DNA of 39,912 bases, from NCBI RefSeq assembly GCF_000760515.2, contig NW_013546434.1, forward strand, positions 1 through 39,912, read 5' to 3'. The notes under the pieces are model-generated. The model searched no databases, was not told the origin of the DNA, and saw only the letters and a program-made list of their open reading frames with translations. A program made the translations under genes and the position numbers. This document shows, in pieces, positions 1-11,900 of the stretch. The stretch is from Mitosporidium daphniae. Taxonomy: Eukaryota. Within the stretch, counting starts at the first letter, position 1, and each line of letters begins with the position of its first letter.

Positions 1-347
1 TTGAACAGCAGGCATTGCATAACTTTCCGAATTGGCAATGGATAGACTCTAAATGGAGAGCCCTTTCATCCGAACTGCCAAAATTTAGCATTCATCGAGG
101 TTTTACGGACAAAAACGAGCCGGATATTCAAAATTTTACTGTTCCACTGCAAATAGTCCTCTTTGAGGAGAAGGAAGAGGAATCGCAGTTACCTTTTTGG
201 GAATATTCTGAAAATTCCAAATCCGCCTTTAAAGCAAATATAGGGCAAGTCATTGAAGACCTATGCCGATTACGAAGGAGAGTGCTGTTCAGACGAATGT
301 CTGTTGATTTGGCCCGTTTCCGACTAGACTTTAACACACACCATTGA
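1..347 (+). CDS. 3' end of a hypothetical protein gene (partial, runs in from window edge)
   Basis: Frame is open from position 3 to TGA 345-347, and the stop overlaps AATAAA as at other gene ends here. No motif recognised. Confidence 0.5.
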   Translation, partial: EQQALHNFPNWQWIDSKWRALSSELPKFSIHRGFTDKNEPDIQNFTVPLQIVLFEEKEEESQLPFWEYSENSKSAFKANIGQVIEDLCRLRRRVLFRRMSVDLARFRLDFNTHH

Positions 348-422
348 ATAAAGCTTGCAATATGGAGGCATTTAGCGGAGCCATTGCAATTCCGTAAATT
401 TAGGTGAAAAATTAATTTTTCG

Positions 423-2834
423 ATGGAGCTTAATATCCTGCAGTGGCCCAGTGTTCCCTTTGCCGCGTGCTACGTTTCGCAGAAAAAATTCAATTTGTTA
501 TCGGCTGATTTCAAGAGAAGCGGTACAGGAAAGTTCAACTGGGGATCTTGGGCTCGCATTTGTTTCTCTGGTGTCGAGTACATTGCCAGATGCTATCCAA
601 ACACAGATTTGCCACTCCACGAACAAGCATATGCATCCACCGATAATCTGGTTTCCATCTCCAATGCAATTTGTGTTAAAGACACCGAGTATGAAGCCAA
701 AAGCCATGCGGGGGTTATTGCTTGCGCGGCTGAGCATTCCTCAACTGGGGCTACTTGCGTTGCAGATGGGGATGTTCAAACGCCGATGATGGAGCCCATT
801 ATTGAGTCTGCCATTGTTGATTGTATAAAAGTTACACTGGCTCTGCAATCTTCAAATGTGCATGCGAGAAACGTGAGACGAAACAGAGAATCGGTACGAT
901 TCTTGCAATTTATTTAGGTTATCAAAACCATTCTTGTTACAAGCGGGGCCGTCTTGAAGCAAGGTGCAACAATAACGGTCTTTCCTACCCCCAAACAGAT
1001 ATTTGAATTTAAAGTCGTTCATGACGGCAGCCCTCAAGATTATCTTCGTATTTCGAAGGATACAAACATCATCTTCTCGTACTCGCAAAACAGCAGTTTT
1101 AAGGCACAAAATGTACAATCACTTGCATGTATGCTGGGAATTTCGATTTTCAACGAAGACGCATCCTTGATGCGCTTTGCTAATCATGGTGAATATAAAG
1201 CATTTCTATGGATCGTTCAAGCTTATTTACAAGTTGATGCCCTGCCTGTTCTTTCGCCTTCGGACGTTATGTCATCCACCATTAGCGGATCACTGGACAA
1301 TTTTAGGAATTGGATTACAAAGCAAGAGTCCAACTTGAGTGAGCAAAAGATCGTTGTTATCCGAGACATTGAAACATTTAGAACTTTATCGCCGGATTTG
1401 AGTCGGGCGGCCGATGGCCCTCTCTGGGATGCCCTATGCACGCTTTTGCATCATCTCAAGAGTTTGTATGGATTTGGTGTTATAAACATTTTAGAAACAT
1501 CAAGATCATATCTACCACGTTGAAGCCGGCAGATGAGGAGATCCCTTATGAGCTTTTGACATTGTAAGCTTTTGGTCCGCTTATTTTTCGTTTAGTTTTT
1601 CCTCAAAAATACATCGCTTCAACTCGATGGGGAAAATTAGCTTTACCTTTTTGACAAAGCTTGTTCAGACGCTTTGCCCTTCGCAAAATATTGGCGATGC
1701 TGACTTTGCCAATGACAAGCGGGCGGGTGTGTTGAGTTCTTTGCTAAAATCATGTTCATTCGCAGACATTTTAGATATTTGTCACGATCTTGCTAAAGCA
1801 TTTCCATTTCCTAAGAAAGAAGATATATCTTCATTTGTTGTTGAAAGATTTGCAGAGAAAAAAAATCTTGGCGAACCCCACCGCTCCAATATGGCAAGCT
1901 GGGACGACGTTGGAGGATACCAGGATGTGAAGATGGTACGGAGCCAGTTGATTTTATTTTTAGGCAATAAAGCAGGCTGTGGAATGGCCGCTTTTATATC
2001 CAGATGCCTTTTCTAGACTTGGACTCGATCCCTGCAATGGAATTTTATTGCACGGTCCGCCAGGATGTTCTAAGACCTCTCTTGCAAGAGTTGACTTGCA
2101 AATAGCTTATCATTTAGATTGCCGCTTCGCAATGCAAGGTCGAATTTATCTCGCTTAATGGAGCAGATATTTATTCGTGCTATGTAGGGGAATCAGAAAA
2201 ACTTGTCAGGAACATTTTTAAACAAGCCCGGACATCTGTTCCATGCATTTTATTTTTCGATGAGTTAGATGCTCTTGTTGGGGCAAGATCGCTCGGGAAC
2301 TCCATTGATGGGGTCTCCGGCGGCGGAGGGGGCGCATCCGGCCCAAGCAGCAAAGATGTCGTGCAGGAGCGTATTCTTTCCACATTCCTGAACGAAATGG
2401 ACGGAATAGAGCCGCTTGCTGCTGGAATCTTAGTAATGGTATGCCTTTCGCTTAAACGAAATCATAGGGTGCAACCAATCGTCTTGATCGAATAGATGCA
2501 GCACTTCTTCGTCCCGGAAGGTTTGACAGAATTATCCATGTACGGGTTTGGATTTCTCACAAATAGGTCCCATTGCCAGACTTGGAGACTAGAAAAAATA
2601 TTTTCCAAGTTTACATCCAAAATTTGCCTGTGCAAAACCCCGTCAAAATCATTATGGAGTTGTCAGAACATACCGATGGGTGGTCTGGTGCACAGTGTAA
2701 GCAGGTGTGTAGTGAGGCCGCATTTTGTGCCCTACGAGAATGCCCGGATGCCGAGTTTCTGGTACTTTTTCGTCTTTTACCGGTCATAGAAATATTCACA
2801 CTTCATTGAGGCTTTGAATGCGGCCAAAAGATAA
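423..2834 (+). CDS. CDC48-family AAA+ ATPase, AFG2/SPATA5L1-like (ribosome biogenesis), multi-exon
   Basis: Manual splicing keeps frame across GT-AG introns 894-917, 1466-1494, 1564-1595, 1936-1963, 2090-2117, 2439-2467, 2540-2566 and 2762-2789. The product has SWDDVGG...AVEWP, Walker [26 protein letters not shown], Walker [23 protein letters not shown] and [23 protein letters not shown]; stop TAA 2832-2834. Confidence 0.85.
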
Positions 2835-3190
2835 GGCCCATTTCTATTGAGCTTGCTATAACATTCTCTTCACAGTTTATGGCCCGCCTTGACGAAGCCG
2901 AGGTTTTGATTCGGTAGCTTTCTTTGATTACTTTCAATAAATACGACAAAATAGCACATTTTGGCACTGGTAAACCAGCAAAACTGGTTGGCCTTTTGCA
3001 CGTCTGCATTTTTGAGCGTGGTTTTGACGAAAACACCTTTGTGGGCTACAACCTTGGACCTAATTGTCATTATGGCATCCTATTTACGGAAAAACATTTA
3101 TGGACAAAGATGAATGATTTTGTGCTTTTTCGCTGCGCATTGGATGATCGGAAGTACATGAAATTTATTTTGGTAACTGTTTTGCTGAAA

Positions 3191-3715
3191 TTAGTTCATT
3201 ACAAGATCCATCTCTGAAGACTTAACGGCCATTTTCTTTTTCCTTCCTGCCGATATTTTTTCGGCAATTTCCTTCTTTGAAAGGGTAATTGTGGGTGTGC
3301 GAGCGCTAAGGGGAGCCTCCACTGCATCGGCGGCCTCTTTGCTTTTTCCTTCAAGAAGCGAAAGCGCCTTACTTCCGGCCATTCTGTTTTCATAAAATCG
3401 CATTTCTCGCTTGGATTTTATCTTCTGCACCTTCTCCATCACTTCTATAGTCTTTTCGACGGATTTGACATCGACGATAAGAGGAACATTCCTTCGTTTC
3501 TCGAATTCAAAAACAGAATCGCCGATGAGCTCCTTTCCAGCTACCTTTCTGAAGGCCTTTGTCCAACGAACCTTTCTTGGATTTCTCTTCATCTTAAAGT
3601 TTTTATGGCACTTTGATCTGCAAAACTTAAAGACCTTGCCATCGTTACGGACAAAAGTGATCCCGTGACCCGGGTAACAGTTAGAGGAGCAAAAAAAACA
3701 TTTTTCCAATCTCAT
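3191..3715 (-). CDS. RLP24: Ribosome biogenesis protein RLP24 (eL24-like)
   Basis: [57 protein letters not shown] plus FEKRRNVP is the Rlp24/RSL24D1 signature. Confidence 0.95.
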   Translation of the reverse strand: MRLEKCFFCSSNCYPGHGITFVRNDGKVFKFCRSKCHKNFKMKRNPRKVRWTKAFRKVAGKELIGDSVFEFEKRRNVPLIVDVKSVEKTIEVMEKVQKIKSKREMRFYENRMAGSKALSLLEGKSKEAADAVEAPLSARTPTITLSKKEIAEKISAGRKKKMAVKSSEMDLVMN

Positions 3716-3820
3716 GGGAATAAAAAATAAAATAAAAACAAAAATTTATTAAAATGCCACAAATTGCTTTCTTTCTATTATGCCGTTTGGCCTTATTAAT
3801 TGATCGTTAAATAAACCCGA

Positions 3821-4436
3821 TCAGGATTGGTTGCTTAAAGAGATGGCCATGGCAGATATCGGTCTATATTTGCAAGTCTGTTCGTGGGTTTTGGCTCGCG
3901 ATGGGTATGAAAATGCAGCGTTACATCCAAAACTGGAGTATGTACATTTATTGGCGGAAACTTTCGAAAAGTGGCATAAACTCATATGCCTTTTCAACTG
4001 TTTTTGCGTAGAAAAAATCGCATTGCAAAGACCCTCGGAACACTGGGGTGAAAACGCGTAAATTTACCTTTACCAGCTTGGAAGGGATGGTGTCGTTTTT
4101 TGTTTTTGAATATGAATGAGAAAGCCTTTCGTGTCGGATCAAATTATCTCGCAGCGCAAAAGTGGACGTGCATGTTGGAAACGGGCAAGGATGCGCTGAT
4201 CCCACACAGGAGTTATGGATGGACCGTGTGTGGGCAGACAGATGTGTCCTTCTTCTGAATGAAGCTCCACATAGCTCCTCTGGGCACAGGAATGGTCTTT
4301 CACCTGAATGGATAAGAAGATGCACCCGCAAATGGGCGGGCTTTGCAAACTTTTGGTTGCAATTTTCATGGGTGCAACAGAACCTTGCCTTTGGAGAAAC
4401 TTTCAATTGGACGGTGCCATCTTGGCGGTCGCCCAT
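3821..4436 (-). CDS. C2H2 zinc-finger protein, TFIIIA-like (five fingers), two exons
   Basis: Probable ATG at 4436 after an AT-rich tract. Three fingers with an SGERPF linker; a 25-nt intron (4043-4067) restores two more fingers (CSEGLCNAIFSTQKQLKRHMSLCH; CTYSSFGCNAAFSYPSRAKTHE); stop TGA at 3821-3823. Confidence 0.65.
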
Positions 4437-4467
4437 CGCTAAAATAAAATTTAATTTCCAAAGTTTC

Positions 4468-4761
4468 ATGGCAGGTTCATCGCCTTGTAAGGCGGCTTTG
4501 GCTCGTTTCTCGCATGTCAATATGTCTGCGAAAGCCATAAAAGCAAGAACATTGGTATCCGGAGATTTACACAGGCTAATCCGTGGAGACTTCTGCAGCC
4601 TCCATGGCGGCCAAGGGCATTCCGATGCCTGGGCCTATAAGCCAAGTGGGATGAATCATAATCACGGGAAAAAAAACATTAGCCAACTATTTCGCCTGTC
4701 TCGGTTTGCAGTCACACAAAAATGCCATAGAAAGAATCTGAAGCGGTTGGGCCTTCAATAA
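4468..4761 (+). CDS. Small basic hypothetical protein (97 aa)
   Basis: ATG follows the AT-rich tract AAAATAAAATTTAATTT and the stop TAA is embedded in AATAAA, matching local gene grammar. No homology recognised. Confidence 0.3.
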   Translation: MAGSSPCKAALARFSHVNMSAKAIKARTLVSGDLHRLIRGDFCSLHGGQGHSDAWAYKPSGMNHNHGKKNISQLFRLSRFAVTQKCHRKNLKRLGLQ

Positions 4762-4894
4762 AATTTGATTTTGATTTTTTATTTCATTGGGTGCATGCCA
4801 TGCAGTTTTTCATTGGATCTCGGCAAATCCAATTATATTTTCCCTTTCTTATGTGATAAGGATACAATCATTAAGCCGTTATACTTTCTTAAGA

Positions 4895-7252
4895 ATGTTA
4901 AATGCGGTGAAGTTTCTGATCCCGCACTTTTTTGCATTCTTTTTGCTTCTCAGCTTTGCTTTAGCGAATGATATACGCACTGATTCCAAAAAAAGTGATG
5001 AGAATGCTAAGAAACCATCCTCAAAATTACTCTCGAAACTGCCGTTGAACCAATTGGATGTTCTCGGATCTAAAGGAATCAAGAACATCATTTCTGGATT
5101 GGAGATGGGTAGCGGTCTTGATTTTCTTATTGATCTCATTAAAACGCTTAATTTCGAAAAGTTTGCTGTTGAAGGATATTTTATTAATTGCTACATAGAC
5201 ACCTTAATTCTGTGGATTAAGTTGCAGCTAGAAAGGGCCTTTGTGCCTACCGAAACACTCTCCCTGTTCGATTTTTATGATATTCGAGTTCCGGTCTTTG
5301 GAGAGTCAATTAAGGAAGTAAAGAATGCAAAATTTCCGGATTTCAACTCTGAAAAATCACTTTCCTCCGGTGCGTATAAGAAGGCCAGCGCAGTGGGGGA
5401 GAAATGGCTAGCTTCGCTGCTTAGTTCGACAAAAACAGCGAAAATTAGCAACATTATCGAGGCACTCTCCACAGATGGCCTGCTTGCATCAAGTAACCGA
5501 TTTCAAATCCCATCTTCTGACCAACTTCAAAGGAAGGAGGCCTCCATGTTTTTTGAAGAAGTTATGGGGAAAATCAGGGTTTGGTTGGCATTTTCGACCG
5601 AAAACGATTTTTCTAGCACCAATAATATCCAGAAACTTGCCTCGATTATTGTCAAGGAAATCGAGACAAAAACGTCAGGTGGACTCTCCGATTTTGCCAA
5701 GTGGTCTGCAATGAATCCGCTTGGGGCTTCCAAGTCTCCTCTTGCATCTCCTCTGATGCTTTTAGGTTCCCTTTTGACACAGGTTATCGTTCAAACCCTT
5801 CTTGTTGCTATTGGGAAAAACGAGCTGCTTGGAATCGTTTTGCGAGTAGAAAATTGGCTCGAACAGCCAATCATGAAAAAGCTTCAATTCGGAAACATTG
5901 ATATGGACTTTCGCCAGATTATCATGTCATTCATCGATACCTCTTTGAAGCGTCATCCAGAGGCAGCAAAACTTAGATCCGAAAAGGACCAGCTAACATG
6001 GGGTCTTGTTGTTGGTATCTTTACTATGTTATTCTATCGAGCGCGATCGAGGAGTTTGGATCCCCTTAGCAGCAGCGAGATTACTTCAATTGTGGCCCAC
6101 TTGATTTCGCTTATCGAGAAAAAGACCTTTGTGTTAGGGGAAAATTTTTGGGGCTTTTTTGAAGGCCTTTCCAATCCTAAGCTTATGCAGAAGATCACCC
6201 AATGGTTTGGATCTGCACAAGCGGTGTGTCGAATTGCAGTGTATGCTTTGAACCACTACCAGGGGGCAGAACTTTCGCCTTTAAATAGAAAAGTCCATCT
6301 TGCCGTTCCATTTGAAGTTCTTGATGTGATGTTGTCTTTCCCCATTTGTTTGTTGGATTGTTCAAATATTGAGAATCATCTTAAAAAGGCATCAGTACAA
6401 ATTTCCCTGGTAGAATGGATGATTCGCTTTGTGGGCACTTGTGTCTACTTGGACTCCTTGGTTGGATCTCGAGATTTATTGACCCACGATTTGGCTGCGC
6501 GTGACCGATCGGGAATGTCCTGGGCGCTGCTTGTAGACATTCCAATTCTTTTTTGTAATGTATATCAATGGTCCCTATTGTCTAACTGTAAAGATTCGAA
6601 TGCTCCCATTGACCAGGAGTTGCTGACTCGTATTGTTTCCAGTTTCCCGATCGATGGAATTGCGCTCAAAACCTCCACAACTTCTCTTCCCATCAAAAAG
6701 CTTTGGAAGGAGCTTACCACATCAAAAAGCGAGTTGCTTGGCGAGAGAATTCTGGTATCCGCAGGTATGATATCAAAATATCTCGCTGTGAATACAAAAG
6801 AGGATTCAGAGGAGAAATGGATCCTAAGCCAACTGATAGAGCTCTTTGGGGCACTAGACGATGATAAAAAGTGGAATTGCGGCATTGGCTGTTGCGAACA
6901 GCCACCTCCACCTCCACCTGCACCGCCTGTAAAAGAAAAGCCGAAAGAGGAAAAAAAGCCAGCGGTAAAAGAAGAGAAAAAAAAAAATGTACCTCAAAAG
7001 CCTGAGGAGCCGGAGGAATCGGACGAATCGGACGAATCGGAAGATCAAGTACCTGAAAAAGAGGCTCCAAAAATTGATCCTCCGTCTGAAGATCAGTCAG
7101 GCACCGTTTCTTCTAGTCCACCGGCACCCATCGTACCGGCACCTATCGCACCGGCACCTGTGGCACCGGTACCTGCACCTCCAATGGTTGATTGCTATGG
7201 GAACAAAGTGGAACCCCAACCTCCCTTGACCGGTTTGTCTGCATGGGAATAA
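4895..7252 (+). CDS. Large orphan secreted protein with C-terminal Cys cluster and Pro/Glu/Lys-rich tail
   Basis: Long uninterrupted ORF. ATG 4895 gives a signal-peptide-like MLNAVKFLIPHFFAFFLLLSFALA. The tail has CGIGCCEQPPPPPP, EESDESDES and PAPI/V repeats. Confidence 0.75.
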   Translation: MLNAVKFLIPHFFAFFLLLSFALANDIRTDSKKSDENAKKPSSKLLSKLPLNQLDVLGSKGIKNIISGLEMGSGLDFLIDLIKTLNFEKFAVEGYFINCYIDTLILWIKLQLERAFVPTETLSLFDFYDIRVPVFGESIKEVKNAKFPDFNSEKSLSSGAYKKASAVGEKWLASLLSSTKTAKISNIIEALSTDGLLASSNRFQIPSSDQLQRKEASMFFEEVMGKIRVWLAFSTENDFSSTNNIQKLASIIVKEIETKTSGGLSDFAKWSAMNPLGASKSPLASPLMLLGSLLTQVIVQTLLVAIGKNELLGIVLRVENWLEQPIMKKLQFGNIDMDFRQIIMSFIDTSLKRHPEAAKLRSEKDQLTWGLVVGIFTMLFYRARSRSLDPLSSSEITSIVAHLISLIEKKTFVLGENFWGFFEGLSNPKLMQKITQWFGSAQAVCRIAVYALNHYQGAELSPLNRKVHLAVPFEVLDVMLSFPICLLDCSNIENHLKKASVQISLVEWMIRFVGTCVYLDSLVGSRDLLTHDLAARDRSGMSWALLVDIPILFCNVYQWSLLSNCKDSNAPIDQELLTRIVSSFPIDGIALKTSTTSLPIKKLWKELTTSKSELLGERILVSAGMISKYLAVNTKEDSEEKWILSQLIELFGALDDDKKWNCGIGCCEQPPPPPPAPPVKEKPKEEKKPAVKEEKKKNVPQKPEEPEESDESDESEDQVPEKEAPKIDPPSEDQSGTVSSSPPAPIVPAPIAPAPVAPVPAPPMVDCYGNKVEPQPPLTGLSAWE
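7016..7182 (+). repeat. Coding minirepeats (9-bp GAATCGGAC x~3; ~15-bp CCGGCACC-based units)
   Basis: Direct repeats visible in the sequence, encoding ESDESDES and PAPIVPAPIAPAPVAPVPAP. Confidence 0.6.
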
Positions 7253-7474
7253 CTTTATAAATTAGATGTAGAGACCTTGTGTATGAAATTTTGATAGGTT
7301 TTTAGTTAAACCCCAATGTGTATGGAGTCGAAGTAGAGGTAGGGTATTGCGTTAAAATTTGAAAAACACACACACACAGTGATGTCTATTGAAAGATACG
7401 ATTGACAACGGGCTTGGTTTAATAAACTAGCCACCACTTTATTACAATTATGCTACAAAAAATACAAAATTTGT

Positions 7475-8823
7475 CTATTCTTTGTTTCTTTGCCGGGTCG
7501 GCAAGCGATTTTTCTGGCGAACATCCATCATTTCACGGAGAATATCGTTTTTATATTCACGGAGATGCTTGTCAGAGGAGAATCCTTGGTTCGAATCGCC
7601 AAAGGAGAGTTTCTGTTTCGCGTCGGCAAAGGAGAGTTCTTGGGTTTTTTCAGAGGGGCCTTTCCCCTCAATGTAGCTTTTTTTGTTGGAAAGAGCCGCC
7701 CCTTCATCCTTCAAAAGCATTGCAATTGAGGACCTTACCATGATGGAAGATCTCTGAGAATTTGCAAGCGGAGGCGGCTTTGGGTTTGTTGGAAGGTTTT
7801 TTTTTCGCATTGACTTCTTGGAGGTGGCCATTTCAGATATGATGGCATTTTTTTCAGAGTAAAACTCCTTGTTTTTTCTCTGCAAATCTTGCATGGTTGG
7901 CCCTTTTTTGTTAGCTACGCCAGACTGCCGGGACTTATACACACCAGGTGGAGACAGCGCATTGCTGTCAACCTGATTGTGCGGAAGAGGCGCAGGGGGC
8001 GTAACATCTTTCGCCTTTTTTTTGGAAGAGTAAGAATCGGAGGAAGGGAAGGATACTGATTCGTATCCCTGCTCTTCTTCCGAGCAAAGACTCTGCCCGT
8101 CCAAAATTGCCAGAGGCCGCAAATTTGGCGACGGGATGATGTCGGAATGGCACTCGGAATCCGAATTTGGCGGAGTTGGCGTATTCATCCCCGTAAAAGA
8201 GGTCGTCGACCCCGGCTGGGTTCCTTGGTGTCGTGTCTGTAGAATAGAGATACGTCTGTTTATTTGCCGCGACTTTTCAGATTCGTAAACAACCTCCAGT
8301 CGCATTGGCGCAGATGGGTTGATCATTTCCACGGTCACGCTTTTGCGGTGGTTGTTGGAATTTTGATGCTGAGATGCGCCGGTCCTATTATCAAGATAGC
8401 TATTGCCTTGATGATCGCCCGATTTTTCTTTGTCCAGCTTGACGATCTTCCATTCGATATTTCGGCGAAGGTACTTTTTGTTGAGACTCTGAAGATAGTG
8501 ATTAACCTTTTCCTGGGAGTTAAGCAGCCTTTTGTTACCTGAAACTCGACGAACAGCCTGGATTGTCTCCTCGATTTTTGCAATAACACTGGGAACAGCA
8601 AGATTCCGACGATAAAAATCATCGAAAGACCGACAACTTTGAACCAAAACCGAATTTCCTTTGCATTTTTGTGCAGGTCCTGTGCAAGTTCCGAGTTTAT
8701 GCGGTCGACGATCTTCTTGAACTCTTGTGGCTTCATAACCTCTCGCAGCTCTAGCGGAAACGTGTCATCAAACGTAAGTGTGGTGATGTTGAATTCCATG
8801 CGATGCTTGCTAGCAATGTGCAT
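7475..8823 (-). CDS. ERF4/Golgin-A7 domain membrane protein with long disordered C-terminus, two exons
   Basis: N-terminus FDDTFPLELREVMKPQEFKKIVDRINSEL, a hydrophobic segment and LQSLNKKYLRRNIEWKI fit the ERF4/GOLGA7 pattern. A 26-nt intron (8513-8538) joins ORFs 8335-8823 and 7475-8647 in frame. Confidence 0.65.
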
Positions 8824-8971
8824 TGTATGTTAAAGACGCAATGCAGGCCAGACGACAATTTCTGCGGCTTTTAAGTATTGGTGGATTGTGTGGCGATTGG
8901 TAGGGTTAACATTTTAAGCCCAAGTTTACAAAACGGGGAAAAATTAAATTCATTTTTACTTTACACCGGCA

Positions 8972-11900
8972 ATGCCTCACCAAGCCAATGGCATTTGCTG
9001 GCGTCGGCTTGCTGCAGCGAAGTTCGGCTGGCGGCCATTCTCCTGGCTATGCAACGAGGTCCCTTTGTCGTATCACATTATGCGGCCATACAACATGGCC
9101 GCGCAGACCAAGCCGTTGGAGGATGACGCTGTGCGGTGGAGGGTGCTTCCGTGGACTCGTCTCTCTCTTGAAGAGGTTCTTCTGGCAGAAGAGCAATTTT
9201 TTGCAGAAGATTCTTTTTGTTTTCAAGAGCAACCCATTCAAGAAGATGCTTTACTTGTTCCAGATGATTCAGCTCTCTACGCTGAGGACGCTCTTGATTT
9301 ATTGCATCCCCTCAATGTTGGTGACGAAGAATACGCCGACTTTTCTGCATGTGAGACACCAAGTGATGTACCGGCCATTCCTAGTTCTGTTGCAGTTTCC
9401 ACTGCTCAGCCCGAAAAAGACTGCCATATCTCTGACAATGGCTCTTTAATTCACGAATTTATCGATCCATGTCGTGGCAATACCACCGCTGCTTTCTCAT
9501 CATCGTTTAGCAATCCACATACGCAGGTTGATGGTCTCCCTGTGATTCCGCCTCCAATAAATGCAAAGACCATCGAGAAAGCGCTGTTGACCGCGTCACC
9601 GAGAACATCTTCTATTCCAAAGTCTAGGGACTCTCTTCCATTGTTCCATGTTTCTCCAAAGTTGGAGCATATAATCGCACAATTTATTTTTTCTTTCGCT
9701 ATTAGGACGGAGATTGGATCACTGCCCGAACAAGAAACAGGCATCAACTGGGATGCTGTTGCACATCAATCCCGCAAAGATACATTCGAGGGTCGACAGG
9801 CTCTTCATGGCTTGTACGCGGTTGTGGAGTTCCTGGCTTGCAAAGGCTTACCTGGGGATGCAGACCACTTGCTCAACTGGATGTTATCAAAAGATTTATC
9901 GAAATCTCCTTCCATGCTGCCTCCTGCACAACTGTCTACTTGTGCTCCGTTTTTTGAGTCTCAATCAACATTTTCAACACCACCATCGTTGATGTCCCCG
10001 CATATTTCAGTTCCGCAAGAGCTACTATCGTTTTTAGCGAAAACACATCTTGCCGCTTTCGAGGCGCTTGGAATGCAAGCGCCAGAGCGCAAGATCTTCA
10101 TCAAGAAACGGAAAGGGCAGCGTGCTACGGCGCACCTGCAGTCTGCCATGCACTGGTTTATGCAAATGGGCGCTGCATTGCCCACATCTAGTGATCACGA
10201 AAGTAACGTCACGCTGCTCTCTTTATGGCTCTCTTTTCGGTTTCGGACGCTGCGTACAGGAGAGTCGCCTCAAGCAAAGCCTTTTTTGGCGCTACATGGG
10301 TTGCGCCTGCAACTTCCCGTCGTGGTGCGCCTTCTTCGCGAAGATCCTATTTTTAAACATTTTTTCCCCAAGTGCCTTGCTACGATCCTTGCAGGTATTT
10401 TTAAACGCAGTTTTTCTTTTTAGGCCCTTCGGATACTTTTTTACTGGAAACGCTGTCTAGTGAGAATGCAGTGCAGGCTGATGCGGTGAGTGTCTCTTTG
10501 ACCGAAGGCCCCAACGAAGCTCCAAGGGGTGCCGTTTTTGTTGGTCATGGTCTACGCTCACTGGCACATACACACGCATGTGGTGAAGTAGCGCTCACCC
10601 AGCTTCAGGAGTCCATCGAACAAGACTGCACTTCAGCGGCACGAGAGCGGTTTTTGCAAGTCCAGAAGTCGGGATTTTTGGAGCGGCGTAATCCTCTTGC
10701 GCCAACATTGGTACGGCTTGTCGAGAAATGGCGAGTGCTACTTTCGGAAAGACTACGCCTTATTTATGAGATGTCGGATGATGTTAGAAATGACTCCTCC
10801 ATCTTACAGGCACAGCCTCTTTTTACCACTCTTATTGCCAATTTGGGCGTTGAAGCGATCTCTGGTACCATCCTTTCGCTATTGCTGATGCCTGGTCATG
10901 AAGGCACTGGGTACAAAGGGGGAGGTCGGCGTGTTCCATGGTGGCTGCCATCGGGGCGTGCTTTCATTTTTGGCCGACTTTCTCTGGAGCTTGGATCTAG
11001 ACTTCTAGGCAGTTCACCTACCAACTTGATGGAGTGGCCGGCAGCACAACGCGTCCAAGTGGGCTCCAGGCTACTGACAGAGGCGCTGCCGCTACTCAGA
11101 ATGGACGATGGCACCCCTGCGTTTTTCCACTCTGTGCGTCGATTTCGCGTTAATTCCCTTCTTGGCATGCTTACAATTAACCCGCTGTTATCACAGCATT
11201 TTGGGATCCCCATTAGAGTAGCTTCCAATGCTAAAGATGCTGATCGCTCTGAATCTGCTAAACTGGGAGGTGAGACCGATGGGAGCACCCAATGGGCTGG
11301 GCCCACCCAACCAAGCACATATCTTACCAGCCCTCTGGCGATGGATATTTCAATGAGCTTGCCGATGGTAGTACCACCGCGGCCATGGAGTAGCTGGAGA
11401 GCGGGGGGATATTTGCTGCGCCGGATACCTTGCTTTAGGATACGGGATGATCCATCACAGATGGCGCAAGTGATGATGGCCGATGCGCGTGGAAAACTCG
11501 CTCCCCTTCTTGAGGGCCTCACATTTCTTGGACAAACACCCTGGCGCATCAATGTTCGCGTCCTCGCTGTCGTGCGGGCAGCATGGCAGGCGTCTTCTCA
11601 AACTAAGGCCCCAGAGACTATCTCCACTCTGGCTTCGCATGCAGAAGCACTGCTTGGCCTTGATGCTGGGATGCGACCAGACGACCGTCATTCACTATGG
11701 TGCGATCTAAACTATCGTCTTATGGTGGCCGACGCGATCTCGTCATATACCGAGTTTTTCTTGCCACATAATGTGGATTTCCGCGGTCGCGCATACCCAA
11801 TCCCAGCACTACTTTCTCATATGGGCTCTGATCTCTGTCGCGGCTTGGTACTCTTTGGTGCACAAAAGGCTGCTCCTCTTGGTGCTCGCGGCCTTCATTG

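Noticed and set aside
2803..3217. Short ORFs between the AAA ATPase and RLP24
   Set aside because: Overlapping, mutually inconsistent frames with no motif or convincing splice model.
7366..7378. (AC)n microsatellite
   Set aside because: Only about six units in a terminator region; unremarkable.
10896..11552. Long antisense ORFs (e.g. 218 aa opposite RPO41; others opposite Ran, USP and UTP13)
   Set aside because: Shadow frames of well-supported genes with no independent motifs.
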